Made by a program: the position numbers and the translations under genes. A DNA stretch of 64,000 nt from Candidatus Giovannonibacteria bacterium (GTDB taxonomy: Bacteria; Patescibacteriota; Minisyncoccia; UBA11713; 2-01-FULL-45-33): assembly GCA_016432405.1 (NCBI GenBank), contig CP066687.1, positions 515,065 to 579,064 of the forward strand, given 5' to 3'. The notes beneath the pieces are model-generated. The model was not told the origin of the DNA. It did no database searches and was given only the letters and a program-made list of their open reading frames with translations. Below, piece by piece: positions 17,476-27,698 of this stretch (its first letter is position 1; every line of letters starts with the position of its first letter).

Positions 17476-18510
17476 ATGAAGATAGGAATTGTCGGCCTGC
17501 CAAATGTGGGAAAATCGACGCTTTTTCAGGCGCTGACGAAAAAACAGGTGGATACTTCAAATTATCCATTCGCTACCATTGACCCCAATGTAGGTGTGGT
17601 TAGTGTGCCGGACGAACGGTTGGGCCAGCTCGCTTCGCTCTGCCGTTCAAAGAAAATTGTCCCAGCAATAATTGAATTTGTTGACATCGCGGGGCTTGTG
17701 AAAGGCGCGGCCGAAGGCGGGGGTCTGGGGAATAAATTTTTATCCCACATCCGGGAAGTAGACGCAATTTGCCACATTGCGCGCGCGTTTGAAAATGAAA
17801 ATATCGCCCATGTTGCCGGCAAACCCGATCCCCTTTCCGATATTGAGACAATTAAAACCGAGCTCGCACTGAAAGATCTGGAAACTGTCGCGAAAATAAA
17901 AGCCAACGCTCAAAAAGAAGCAAGGAGCGGCAAAAAAGAGGCCGCGGAACTTACGCAAAATCTGGAAGCGCTGGAAAAGTTACTGCAAGAATCTACCCCC
18001 CCTCTCCCCCTCTTGCCAATCGCAGACCAGTATCAGCTTTTGTCTTTCAAGCCAACCCTCTACGTTTTTAATATTTCTTCAAAAGCCAATCTGCCTCTGC
18101 CGAACCTGCCGAACGCCATTTCATTGGATATCGGCCAGGAAAACGATATTTCGGCGATGTCTGATAAAGAACGGCGCGAACTCGGCGTCGAATCAGAACT
18201 GCCCAAGCTTATAAAAGCCGCTTACGAACTTTTAGGGCTTATAACTTTTTTTACCACCGGCGAGGATGAAACCCGTGCTTGGACAATCCCCTCGGGTTCA
18301 ACAGCCAAGCGCGCCGGGCGCGCGATTCACTCTGATTTTGAGGAAAAATTTATCCGCGCAGACGTGATTTTGTGGGAAAAGCTCATGGAAGCCGGCTCCC
18401 TGCCCGACGGCAAGGCGGGATGGGCAAAAGCCCGGGAACTGGGATGGCTGCGCTCCGAAGGCAAAGAATATATTGTGAAAGACGGGGATGTAATTGAATT
18501 TAAAATATAA
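17476..18510 (+). CDS. ychF: Ribosome-binding ATPase YchF (Obg-family GTPase with C-terminal TGS domain)
   Basis: 344 aa. G1 GLPNVGKST, N-term MKIGIVGLPNVGKSTLF identical in style to YchF. C-terminal TGS-like domain. Confidence 0.9.
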   Translation: MKIGIVGLPNVGKSTLFQALTKKQVDTSNYPFATIDPNVGVVSVPDERLGQLASLCRSKKIVPAIIEFVDIAGLVKGAAEGGGLGNKFLSHIREVDAICHIARAFENENIAHVAGKPDPLSDIETIKTELALKDLETVAKIKANAQKEARSGKKEAAELTQNLEALEKLLQESTPPLPLLPIADQYQLLSFKPTLYVFNISSKANLPLPNLPNAISLDIGQENDISAMSDKERRELGVESELPKLIKAAYELLGLITFFTTGEDETRAWTIPSGSTAKRAGRAIHSDFEEKFIRADVILWEKLMEAGSLPDGKAGWAKARELGWLRSEGKEYIVKDGDVIEFKI

Positions 18511-18988
18511 CTATGCTACCATAAACCCAATGGACAAAAGCCAAAATTTATACGAAATTGCCTATCTGGTAAGCCCGGCCTATTCGGCGGAAGAGGCCCA
18601 AAATTTTCAGCAGACCGTCAAAAATCACGTTCAGGCGTTGGGCGGGTTTATTGACCATGAAGGAGAACTCCTAAAGCGCCGGCTATTTTACCCGATAAAA
18701 AAAATGGCGGAGGCGTATGCGGCAGGATTTCGTTTTACTCTCGGCCCGGAAAAGATCGGCGAATTAGAATCACGCCTAAAAGCGCCGCAAGTGCTAAGAT
18801 CAATGATAGTCCACACCAAAAGACAGCCCGCTAGAACTTTCAGACCGAGAATAGAAAAAGTTTCCGACGCGGAAAGACCAAAGCTTAAACATGCTATCGC
18901 AGTGCCAAAACCGGAGCAACCAAAGCTTGAATCCGCCGCCGACATTGAGGAAATAGATAAAAAATTAGAAGAAATCTTGGGAAAATAA
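18494..18988 (+). CDS. rpsF: 30S ribosomal protein S6
   Basis: YEIAYLVSP core of S6. Gene order rpsF-ssb-rpsR. TTG start at 18494 has SD GGGGA; alternative ATG at 18530. Confidence 0.8.
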   Translation: MNLKYNYATINPMDKSQNLYEIAYLVSPAYSAEEAQNFQQTVKNHVQALGGFIDHEGELLKRRLFYPIKKMAEAYAAGFRFTLGPEKIGELESRLKAPQVLRSMIVHTKRQPARTFRPRIEKVSDAERPKLKHAIAVPKPEQPKLESAADIEEIDKKLEEILGK

Positions 18989-18991
18989 TTT

Positions 18992-19438
18992 ATGAATTTA
19001 AATAAAGTATTTTTAATAGGAAACCTTACCCGGGACCCGGAGCTCCGCACCATGCCCAACGGCAATCCGGTGACGAGCTTCGGGCTTGCCACAAACAGGA
19101 TGTGGAAAAGTAAAGACGGCTCGCAACAAAAACAGACGGAATTTCATAACATCGTAATGTTCGGGCGCCTTGCGGAAATCGCCAAGCAATATCTGCAAAA
19201 GGGAGCCATGGCAATGATAGAAGGCAGGATTCAAAACAGGTCCTGGGAAGGGCAGGACGGCCAGAAAAAATACCGTACAGAAATCATCGCCGAGGCCATG
19301 CAGATGGGGCCCAGGGGCGGAGGCGCTGGCAAGCCAACCGCCGAAAGTCCCGCTAAACAGGAAGAAGACGCCCCGGAAGTTTTAGCTACGGTCGAATACC
19401 CGGAAGACGAAATCAAACCAGATGAAATCCCCTTCTAA
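18992..19438 (+). CDS. ssb: Single-stranded DNA-binding protein
   Basis: 148 aa. OB-fold N-terminus NKVFLIGNLTRDPELR, acidic tail ending DEIPF. Confidence 0.93.
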   Translation: MNLNKVFLIGNLTRDPELRTMPNGNPVTSFGLATNRMWKSKDGSQQKQTEFHNIVMFGRLAEIAKQYLQKGAMAMIEGRIQNRSWEGQDGQKKYRTEIIAEAMQMGPRGGGAGKPTAESPAKQEEDAPEVLATVEYPEDEIKPDEIPF

Positions 19439-19634
19439 ACAGTGTTATTTTTGCGCGGCCAATATCAAAGTGGTTGATTTTAAGGACTCGCAGATGCTCC
19501 GGAAATTCATGACCCCGCAAGCGCAAATTCAAGGGCGCAAAAAGACGGGGGCCTGCTCGCTCCATCAGCGCAAGCTCTCCAAGGCCATCAAGCGCGCCCG
19601 CCAAATGGGCTTCGCGCCCTTTATCTCCCGATAA
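19422..19634 (+). CDS. rpsR: 30S ribosomal protein S18
   Basis: 70 aa, CYFC...KFMTPQAQIQGRKKTG...RKLSKAIKRAR is a typical S18. Confidence 0.9.
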   Translation: MKSPSKQCYFCAANIKVVDFKDSQMLRKFMTPQAQIQGRKKTGACSLHQRKLSKAIKRARQMGFAPFISR

Positions 19635-19638
19635 ATTA

Positions 19639-20661
19639 TTATTGCCCTTCGGCTTTAGTTTTCTCTTTTATTGCCTTAACCAGCTCCTGAGCGGTTTTTT
19701 TGTTCTCGTGGAGATGCTGCCGGGCGGCGTCGTAGCCGCGGCCTAAAGATGTGCCGGCGAAGCTGTACGAGGCGCCAGATTTGGCAACCACGCCGTGTTT
19801 TTCTCCGAGCCCCAAAAGATCACCCTCGTAGGAAATTCCTTCGTTGTACAAAATGTCAAACTCGGCGATTTTAAACGGCGGCGCGACTTTGTTTTTCACA
19901 ACCTTGGCTTTTACGCGGTTGCCTATGATGTCCTCGCCTTTTTTAATCTGGGCGAGGCGGCGCAAATCAATCCGCACCGAAGAATAAAACTTGAGCGCGT
20001 TGCCTCCGGGAGTGGTTTCGGGATTTCCGAACATAATCCCGATTTTCATGCGGATTTGGTTTAGAAAAATTACGGCAGTGCTGGACTTACCGACTACGGC
20101 AGTAAGCTTCCGGAGCGCGTGCGACATAAGCCGCGCCTGAAGCCCCACGTGCTGCTGGCCCATATCCCCTTCTATCTCCGCTTTCGGGGTAAGCGCGGCA
20201 ACCGAGTCAACAATGATAACATCAATTTTTCCTGAACGCACTAGTGACTCAATTATTTCCAGTGCCTGCTCGCCGGTATCGGGCTGTGATATTAAAAGGT
20301 CGTCTATGCGCACGCCGATTTTTTTAGCGTAATCCGGGTCCAGCGCGTGCTCAGCATCAACGAAAGCGCAGATGCCGCCCTTTTTTTGGGCTTCGGCGAC
20401 TACATGCAAAGCCAGTGTGGTTTTCCCCGATGACTCGGGGCCGAAAATCTCAATAATCCTTCCCCGCGGCATTCCGCCGACCCCTAAAGCCATATCCAAC
20501 GAGAGGGCACCGGTGGGGATGACGTCAACATCCACCTTGGACACGTCTCCCAATTTCATCAGAACTCCCTCGCCGTATTTGGACTGCAAATCCTTCACCG
20601 CCGCCTCCACATCGTGCCATTTATCCGCCCGCGAATCTTTGTCTTTTATTTGTTTTGCCAT
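19639..20661 (-). CDS. recA: Recombinase RecA
   Basis: 340 aa. Walker [13 protein letters not shown], start MAKQIKDKD...[12 protein letters not shown]. Confidence 0.97.
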   Translation of the reverse strand: MAKQIKDKDSRADKWHDVEAAVKDLQSKYGEGVLMKLGDVSKVDVDVIPTGALSLDMALGVGGMPRGRIIEIFGPESSGKTTLALHVVAEAQKKGGICAFVDAEHALDPDYAKKIGVRIDDLLISQPDTGEQALEIIESLVRSGKIDVIIVDSVAALTPKAEIEGDMGQQHVGLQARLMSHALRKLTAVVGKSSTAVIFLNQIRMKIGIMFGNPETTPGGNALKFYSSVRIDLRRLAQIKKGEDIIGNRVKAKVVKNKVAPPFKIAEFDILYNEGISYEGDLLGLGEKHGVVAKSGASYSFAGTSLGRGYDAARQHLHENKKTAQELVKAIKEKTKAEGQ

Positions 20662-20668
20662 AATAAAA

Positions 20669-20998
20669 CTATTTTACCACCACCCTCAAAACTTTGCGAG
20701 TTTCGTTACCGAAGCGGTCGCGCGCTGAAACGCCGATTTGGTTGAGCCCCGGCCAAACCGGCAAATCATCTTCAAAAATCCCCCGCTCGTCGGCTTGCTT
20801 CTCACGGCCGGAAATCCAGACCTTCAGCATCGGCGCCGTGCGCCCAGCGATGTGAATCAGGCCGCCGGAAACAGCTGCCCCGTCTTGGGGCTCAAAAATT
20901 TCAAGTTTCGGCGCGAAAAGCACCCCCTTTGCTTCATAAAAAAAATATCCCCCAGCCAAAATTATTATCCCCAAAAAAATCCAACGCCGAATGTGCAT
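20669..20998 (-). CDS. Hypothetical membrane-anchored protein upstream of recA
   Basis: 109 aa, N-terminal TM helix, co-oriented with recA 8 nt upstream. Confidence 0.5.
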   Translation of the reverse strand: MHIRRWIFLGIIILAGGYFFYEAKGVLFAPKLEIFEPQDGAAVSGGLIHIAGRTAPMLKVWISGREKQADERGIFEDDLPVWPGLNQIGVSARDRFGNETRKVLRVVVK

Positions 20999-21083
20999 AG
21001 AGATATTTTACAACTTTATAATTCGGTTTTACTACTTGACAATAATCAACACCGGTGCTAAACTCGCATAAGAAACATAAAGG

Positions 21084-21605
21084 GGGTGTAATGTGATCAA
21101 TATATACTCACTCGGTATTGAAGAAATTAACAAAATAATCTCGGCAGCAGCTTTTGCTGTTAGGGAGGCCAATTTCTTATTTTCTAACACTAGCAACTGG
21201 ACAGATCGCAAGGGCGGATATTTCTGTCTCGCTGGGCCAGGGAGCGGATTGCCGCAACTTATAGTGCCTATTGGGAACATCTCCGAGGAAAAAGCAGAAA
21301 AGTATCTTTCTTTCTGCCAAGAAAAAGCTAAGCGCCTAGCACAGCATGCCGAACACCTAAGTAGTTGGGAAAGCCGGTGCCCAGACCAAAACCGATGGGG
21401 CGGGGCAGTCCGTGTCGGCGATTTTATCTTCTCAATGTCTGGTTTCCCAGAACTGGGCGATGAGGCGATTATGCTTGCCACAGCGGGGATATACTATAAA
21501 GGGTGGCAATCGCCAAAAGCAATTGACACTATAAACATCATCGCAGAGCGTAGCCAAAACCCCTATTGGTCAAATCTGCTTGCGTTTTTGAGCCGATGGA
21601 TATAA
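21084..21605 (+). CDS. Hypothetical protein
   Basis: About 173 aa. Reading the track protein MINIYSLG... against the sequence places a GTG start at 21084, preceded by SD AAGGGGGTG; the track coordinate 21093 seems offset. No family recognised. Confidence 0.5.
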   Translation, partial: GCNVINIYSLGIEEINKIISAAAFAVREANFLFSNTSNWTDRKGGYFCLAGPGSGLPQLIVPIGNISEEKAEKYLSFCQEKAKRLAQHAEHLSSWESRCPDQNRWGGAVRVGDFIFSMSGFPELGDEAIMLATAGIYYKGWQSPKAIDTINIIAERSQNPYWSNLLAFLSRWI

Positions 21606-21622
21606 TCACTAGCCCTGACCAA

Positions 21623-21658
21623 TCAAAAATCAAAGTTAGTGTAGGGCACATTCTCATC
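21623..21658. repeat. Direct repeat: partial duplicate of the ftsK 3' end
   Basis: TCAAAAATCAAAGTTAGTGTAGGGCACATTCTCATC is almost identical to 21786-21823, the last codons of ftsK (...VPYTNFDF*) read on the other strand. Confidence 0.6.
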
Positions 21659-21720
21659 GCCGCTTGACTAATCTCTAGCCAGCGGTTTTTTTATTCCGAA
21701 GCGCATCGGAGTTTACTAAG

Positions 21721-21762
21721 TTTACTAAAATTATAGAGCGATCGTTTTATAATTTTAGTAAA
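21721..21762. repeat. Perfect 15-bp inverted repeat between convergent genes
   Basis: TTTACTAAAATTATA-gagcgatcgttt-TATAATTTTAGTAAA, preceded by tandem GTTTACTAA GTTTACTAA. Confidence 0.7.
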
Positions 21763-21785
21763 AGAATATTCACTAATTAGCGGGT

Positions 21786-24026
21786 CTAAAAATCAAAGTT
21801 AGTGTAGGGGACATCTCCATCATCACCAGTTGCTTTTTTAGCGGCGGATTTTTTATTTTCAAATTCTTCGGCTTCTTCTTCGCCAACAACATCCTCATTC
21901 CGCTTGGCAGTTTCACCGTTAAGCGGCTCTCCAGCCGGCCTTTTAACCAAAACCTCTCTCGGCTTCGCTCCTTCGCCGGGGCCGATGACGCCGCGCTCCT
22001 CCAGCATATCCAAAAGCCGCGCGGCGCGGGCATAGCCCACGCGAAGCCGACGCTGGAGGTAAGACGCCGACGCTTTTTGCGCTTCCACCACCAATTTTTT
22101 CGCTCCCTCGTAAAGCTCATCGTCAACATCGTCTTCGTCCCATTCGCTAGCTGGCGGGCCGTTTCCTCCGGCGGGCAATTTTATGTCCAAATCAATCTGC
22201 TCCGCCTCAAACTTATCCCCCGCTTCGGCGGCATAGCTCGCCACTTTTTTCACTTCACGCTCCGAAATAAACGCTCCCTGGATTCTTTTCGGCTTTGACG
22301 TATCGCCGGCCAGATAAAGCATGTCTCCGTTGCCCAAAAGCTTCTCCGCGCCGGACATATCCAAAATCGTCCGTGAGTCCACGCCGGAAGCAACCTGCAA
22401 GGCGATTCTGAAGGTAATGTTCGCTTTTATAAGCCCGGTAATCACCTCCACAGACGGGCGCTGGGTGGAAACCACTAAATGAATCCCCACGGCTCTGGAC
22501 ATTTGCGCCAAGCGCACGATTGATGCTTCCATCTCGCGCGGATATGTGGCCATAAGGTCGGCCAACTCGTCTATAATGATTACGATATTCGGCAAAACCT
22601 CCTCGCGATTTTTCTCTCTAACCATCTCCGCGTTGTAAGAATTTATGTCGCGCGCGCCGGTTTCCGAAAGTCGTTCGTATCTTCTTTCCATCTCTCTCGC
22701 CGCCCAGCGCAGGGAAATAATGGCTTTTTTCGCGTCGGTTATAACTGGCGCGAGAAGGTGAGGAGCGGCATTGTAAATCGTAAGCTCAACCCTTTTTGGG
22801 TCAACCATCAAAAAACGGAGAAACTCCGGAGAATTTTTATAAAGCAAGCTGACAATTAAAGTGTGAATGGCAATTGACTTGCCCGAACCGGTCGCGCCGG
22901 CAATTAAAAGGTGCGGCATTCTGGCAATGTCGGCAAATATCGCCCGCCCGGAAACGTCTCTGCCCAAAGAAAAAGTCAGAGGTGCCGCGTTTTTAAATTC
23001 ATCCAAAGAAAGTAAGCTCCGGAGTCCCACGAGAGCGATTGACCTGTTGGGAACCTCTATGCCAACCAAAGATTTTCCGGGAATCGGCGCCTCAATCCTC
23101 AAAGGGTGCGCCGCCAAAGCCAGCGCCAAATCGTTATGAAGGGCTGTGATGCGGGAAAGTTTAACTCCCTCCGCCGGCTTCAGGGTGTACTGCGTAACCG
23201 AAGGACCGATGTTCACCTCGGACATCTCCACATCAATGCCGAAGTTCTGCAATGTTCTCTTTATAATGTTTGCATTCGCTTTTATGTCGCCAGACGAGGG
23301 CGTTCCCTTATCGTCTTCCAAAAGGTCAATAGGCGGGACGGTGTATTCAAACGACTTGCTTATGTCCAAACGCTGCTGTTTATAAGATTTTTTTCCGCCA
23401 AAGGCGGAAAAAATATTTTCTTCTTCATCCTTTTTTTCTTCAATCTTCGCGGGGGGTAAGGGGGACACGGAAGGAGCAGGCAGCGGCGCGAAAACTCTCT
23501 CTTCAGCCCTTTTTTCTTCTTTTTCTCCCTTTTCTTTTCTTTTCGGCTTTAAAGAAACATTTAGAGCGATTAAAAAGGACACCAAAAGAAATGCGGAGAA
23601 AATAAGAAGCGAGGCCCAAAAATCAAAAAGCCGGAGAAATGGGTAAGAAACCAAAAAGCCGGCGTATCCCCCAGTATATTCCCCGAAAACGATGTCCGCG
23701 AGCCCCAGCGAGCTTAATAGAAACAAAGTCCCGCCGACGGCAGTGGCGGCGACGAAATGCTCGCCTAAGGCGAGCAGAAAAGAAACGCCTGATAGAAAAA
23801 ACGCCAGAGGCGCAAGAAAAAAACCTTTGCCGAAAACAAAAAAAAGCGACCGGCGGGCGGCGTTGCCCACCATCCCCGCCCCGCCAAAATAAGCCATTGC
23901 CAAAATAGCGGAAACCGCGAAAGATAAAACCGCCCACAAAGAATGCTTCGTCTCCGGCTTTAAATTATGGTGCCAAGCCCCAATCCCCGCTCCGCTTTTC
24001 CCGTTATTCCGTTTCTTTTTGGCCAT
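21786..24026 (-). CDS. ftsK: DNA translocase FtsK/SpoIIIE
   Basis: 746 aa. N-terminal TM helices, motor domain with Walker A LIAGATGSGKS, C-terminal winged-helix gamma domain. Confidence 0.93.
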   Translation of the reverse strand: MAKKKRNNGKSGAGIGAWHHNLKPETKHSLWAVLSFAVSAILAMAYFGGAGMVGNAARRSLFFVFGKGFFLAPLAFFLSGVSFLLALGEHFVAATAVGGTLFLLSSLGLADIVFGEYTGGYAGFLVSYPFLRLFDFWASLLIFSAFLLVSFLIALNVSLKPKRKEKGEKEEKRAEERVFAPLPAPSVSPLPPAKIEEKKDEEENIFSAFGGKKSYKQQRLDISKSFEYTVPPIDLLEDDKGTPSSGDIKANANIIKRTLQNFGIDVEMSEVNIGPSVTQYTLKPAEGVKLSRITALHNDLALALAAHPLRIEAPIPGKSLVGIEVPNRSIALVGLRSLLSLDEFKNAAPLTFSLGRDVSGRAIFADIARMPHLLIAGATGSGKSIAIHTLIVSLLYKNSPEFLRFLMVDPKRVELTIYNAAPHLLAPVITDAKKAIISLRWAAREMERRYERLSETGARDINSYNAEMVREKNREEVLPNIVIIIDELADLMATYPREMEASIVRLAQMSRAVGIHLVVSTQRPSVEVITGLIKANITFRIALQVASGVDSRTILDMSGAEKLLGNGDMLYLAGDTSKPKRIQGAFISEREVKKVASYAAEAGDKFEAEQIDLDIKLPAGGNGPPASEWDEDDVDDELYEGAKKLVVEAQKASASYLQRRLRVGYARAARLLDMLEERGVIGPGEGAKPREVLVKRPAGEPLNGETAKRNEDVVGEEEAEEFENKKSAAKKATGDDGDVPYTNFDF

Positions 24027-24053
24027 TTACTTATTATAGCAAATGGACAGCGA

Positions 24054-27000
24054 TTATTCCTCCTCTTCTTTTGCCGCCGCTTCCAGCTTTTTGAGGTATT
24101 CTTTTCGGTAGCCGGTGCCGGCGGGGATAAGCCGGCCGATGATTACGTTTTCTTTAAGCCCGCGCAGCTTGTCTTCCTTCCCTTCAATAGCCGCGTTGGT
24201 CAAAACGCGCATTGTCTGCATAAATGACGCGGCCGAAAGAAAGCTCTCGGTGGTCAGAGCAACATTGGTTATGCCCATCATCAGCTGCACCGCCTTCGCC
24301 GGCAGGACTCCGGCACCGCCTTCTTTTCTTGCTTTTATGTTTTCCTCGCGAAGTTTTGATTTTTCAATAATTTCCCCGACTGCCAGTTTTGTTGACCCCG
24401 GGTCTTTGACTCTTACGCGGGAGAACATCTGTCTGACTATCGCCTCAATGTGCTTGTCGTTTATTGAAGCGCCCTGGAAAGTGTAAAGCTGCTGGATTTC
24501 CGACAAAATGTAGTTTTGCGCCGCTTTCGCGCCCGCCACGCTCAAAAGTTCTTTTATATCAACGGAGCCCTCCGTGATGCGCGAGCCCGGTTCAACTTTT
24601 TCGCCCGGGGAAACAAGTATTGTCCTGCCGAACGGCACCAAAAACTCAAACTCGCCCCCTGCTGCGTCCCCCAGAATTTTTACCATTTTATCCCTGCTGC
24701 CGCCGTTAGTGTCTCCGGCATCCGCGACAGAAAGCACCGTGCCGGACGCGTTGGAGATAATCGCCGGCGCTCGCGGCGTGCGGAGCTCAAAAATTTCCTC
24801 CACTCTCGGAAGGCCCATGGTAATGTCCGCCGCTCCGGCGATACCCCCCACGTGGAAAGTTCTCATTGTAAGCTGCGTGCCGGGCTCGCCGATGGCCTGC
24901 GCGGCGACTATCCCTACTGCTTCCCCCAACTTAACAGGGGTGTTGGAGCCGAGATCATATCCGTAGCAAAGCTGGCAGATGCCGCGCACGGCCCTGCACG
25001 AAATCGGGGACCGCAAAAGCACGCTCTGAATGTCCAAAGAAGCAATTTTCTCGGCATCGGCCATGGTAAGCAGATGTCCGCGCTTAAAGAGCGGCTTTTT
25101 GGACTCCGGGTCGGCGATATCCGCCGCCAAAACCCTGCCGAACACGCGCGTCGCGAAGCTTTTGCCAAGCCGCTCGTAATCTGCTTTTCTGACCTCAAAA
25201 CCGACTTCGTCTTTGCAATCCGGCTCGCTTATTATGATGTCCTGCACAACGTCCACCAAGCGGCGCGTCAGATATCCCGCCGCCGCGGTTTTAAGCGCGG
25301 TGTCGGCCGTGCCTTTTCTGGAAGCGTGGGTGGATATAAAATACTCCAAAACCGCCAGCCCTTCCTTGAAGCTCGCAAGTATTGGGAGCTCAATCGTGCG
25401 CCCGGAGGGATTAACCACCAAGCCCTTCATTGAGGCCAGCTGATTTATCTGCGCCCAGTTGCCTCTCGCGCCGGAGGAAACCATATACTGAACCGGCCCG
25501 AAAGGATCCAGCGCCCCCGGCGCGAGCTTATCCACCTCCGTTTTAACGTTCGTCCACACCTCTATTATTTTTTCATAGCGCTCGCGGTCGGTGAGCAGGC
25601 CCTGTTCGTATTGTTTTTCTATGACGCGCGCTTCCTCTTTCGCTTTTTCAATAAACGCCTGCTTTTCCTGGGGCACCTGTATGTCATCCATCCCCCAGCT
25701 AATGCCGGATTCCGTGGAATGCTTAAAGCCCAAGGATTTGATGCGGTCTAAAATGCCGGGCGTCTCGTCAATTCCGTATCTTTGTATCAGATTAGAAACC
25801 AGCCGATCCAAGTCCTTCTTTTTCATCTCCTGGTTCAAAAACGCAAAATCCCTTGGCAGGACGCTGTTGAAAAGCAGCCGCCCGACGGAGGTTTCCAGTA
25901 TTTCTTTGCCGGCACTCTGGTATTTCGGCGTTTTGGTGACTTTGACGAAAATTTTCGCGTGGATGTCCACACGCTCAAAATCATGCGCCAGGATTGCCTC
26001 GTTTGGCGAAGCGAAATACTTGCCCTCGCCCTTGGCGCCCGGCCTGATTCTGGTGAGATACGCAATGCCCATTACTATATCCTGCCTCGGTGTTGCCACC
26101 GGTTCGCCATTGCCGGGCTTGAGCAGATTTCTGACAGAGGCGATGATGTCGCGCGCCTCTTTTTGCGCTTCATCCGTCAATGGAACATGCACAGCCATCT
26201 GGTCGCCGTCAAAATCCGCGTTAAATGCCTCGCAAACCAAAGGATGAAGCTGTATGGCGCTGCCCTCAACAAGTATCGGCTGAAACGCCTGTATGCCCAA
26301 GCGATGCAGGGTCGGCGCGCGGTTTAAAAGCACGTATTTGTCTTTAATGGCATTTTCCAAGCTTTCCCATATCTCCTCTTTCAAATCGTCAATAAGCCGC
26401 CCCGCGCCTTTTATCGTGTGCGCCAGGCCGCGGCTTATCAAATCGTGTATGACTAGGGGCCTGAAAAGCTCAAGCGCCATATGTTTTGGAAGTCCGCATT
26501 GGTGGAGCTTTAACTCCGGCCCTACCACTATGACAGACCTGCCGGAGTAATCCACGCGCTTGCCCAAAAGATTCTGCCTGAATCTCCCCTGCTTGCCTTT
26601 CAACATATCCGCCAAAGAGCGCAGCGGCCTTTTTTGGGCTTGCGAGGTGGCCGCCGGACCCTGCGTGCGCTTGATGGAATTATCAATCAGGGCGTCCACG
26701 GACTCCTGAAGCATTCTTTTTTCGTTTCTAACAATCACTTCCGGCGCTTTTATCTCCAGAAGTTTTTTTAAGCGGTTGTTTCTGTTTATCACGCGGCGAT
26801 AAAGGTCGTTTATGTCGGAGGTCGCGTGCCTGCCCCCCTCCAACTGCACCATCGGGCGCAAAGCCGGCGGAATGACGGGTATCACCGTAAGGAACATCCA
26901 TTCCGGCCGGACGCCGGACCTCAACATGGACTGCGCGAGACGCAATCTGCGCAAAATCTTTTTTTTCTGAAGAGGCGAGGCGCTCTCCGCTTCTGCAGAA

Positions 27001-27698
27001 AGCTGGGGGACAAGCCGGCTTAAATTAATCTCTGACGCGAGCTTACGGAGAGCTTCCGAGCCGATGCCCGCCTCAAAAATGTGCGCGTATTTTAAGCTGA
27101 AGCGGTGATATTCCACTTCGGAGATAACCGCCTTCTCGCAGAGCCCCTTGATTTCGCCGACGGTGGCGTCGTAGACGGATTTAAGTGCCTCCGCTTCGGC
27201 CGGGGCGGCCGACTTCATCTTGGATTTAAATTCTTTCTCAACCGCGGCCAAGACCTCTTTCCTTGCTTTTTCGTCAATCTTGGTAATAACGTATCCACCG
27301 AAATAAATCACTTTTTCCAAATCCGGCACGGACATGTCCAAAATCAAGCCGATTCTTGAAGGCACCCCCCTTAAAAACCAGATATGCGAAACGGGGGAAG
27401 CAAGCTCAATGTGCCCCATTCTTTCCCTGCGGACGATTGACCTGGTCACTTCCACTCCGCATTTGTCGCAGACGATTCCCTTGTACCTGACGCGCTTGTA
27501 TTTTCCGCAATAGCATTCGTAATCTTTCTCCGGCCCGAAGATGCGCTCGTCAAAGAGCCCGTCTTTTTCCGGGCGCTGGGTCCTGTAATTTATGGTTTCC
27601 GGTTTTGTGATTTCGCCTCTGGACCAGCTCAAAACCTTCTCGCGCGAAGCGAGGCGGATTGCCAACGATTTAAAATCAGCTATTTTTTGCGACTCCAT
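24054..27698 (-). CDS. rpoC: DNA-directed RNA polymerase subunit beta'
   Basis: 1214 aa. Zn-binding CxxC N-terminus, catalytic NADFDGDQM. Confidence 0.97.
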   Translation of the reverse strand: MESQKIADFKSLAIRLASREKVLSWSRGEITKPETINYRTQRPEKDGLFDERIFGPEKDYECYCGKYKRVRYKGIVCDKCGVEVTRSIVRRERMGHIELASPVSHIWFLRGVPSRIGLILDMSVPDLEKVIYFGGYVITKIDEKARKEVLAAVEKEFKSKMKSAAPAEAEALKSVYDATVGEIKGLCEKAVISEVEYHRFSLKYAHIFEAGIGSEALRKLASEINLSRLVPQLSAEAESASPLQKKKILRRLRLAQSMLRSGVRPEWMFLTVIPVIPPALRPMVQLEGGRHATSDINDLYRRVINRNNRLKKLLEIKAPEVIVRNEKRMLQESVDALIDNSIKRTQGPAATSQAQKRPLRSLADMLKGKQGRFRQNLLGKRVDYSGRSVIVVGPELKLHQCGLPKHMALELFRPLVIHDLISRGLAHTIKGAGRLIDDLKEEIWESLENAIKDKYVLLNRAPTLHRLGIQAFQPILVEGSAIQLHPLVCEAFNADFDGDQMAVHVPLTDEAQKEARDIIASVRNLLKPGNGEPVATPRQDIVMGIAYLTRIRPGAKGEGKYFASPNEAILAHDFERVDIHAKIFVKVTKTPKYQSAGKEILETSVGRLLFNSVLPRDFAFLNQEMKKKDLDRLVSNLIQRYGIDETPGILDRIKSLGFKHSTESGISWGMDDIQVPQEKQAFIEKAKEEARVIEKQYEQGLLTDRERYEKIIEVWTNVKTEVDKLAPGALDPFGPVQYMVSSGARGNWAQINQLASMKGLVVNPSGRTIELPILASFKEGLAVLEYFISTHASRKGTADTALKTAAAGYLTRRLVDVVQDIIISEPDCKDEVGFEVRKADYERLGKSFATRVFGRVLAADIADPESKKPLFKRGHLLTMADAEKIASLDIQSVLLRSPISCRAVRGICQLCYGYDLGSNTPVKLGEAVGIVAAQAIGEPGTQLTMRTFHVGGIAGAADITMGLPRVEEIFELRTPRAPAIISNASGTVLSVADAGDTNGGSRDKMVKILGDAAGGEFEFLVPFGRTILVSPGEKVEPGSRITEGSVDIKELLSVAGAKAAQNYILSEIQQLYTFQGASINDKHIEAIVRQMFSRVRVKDPGSTKLAVGEIIEKSKLREENIKARKEGGAGVLPAKAVQLMMGITNVALTTESFLSAASFMQTMRVLTNAAIEGKEDKLRGLKENVIIGRLIPAGTGYRKEYLKKLEAAAKEEEE

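Noticed and set aside
17995-18015. CCCCCCTCTCCCCCTC tract in ychF as another inserted element
   Set aside because: Not palindromic and only a short poly-Pro/Leu linker. Could be native sequence.
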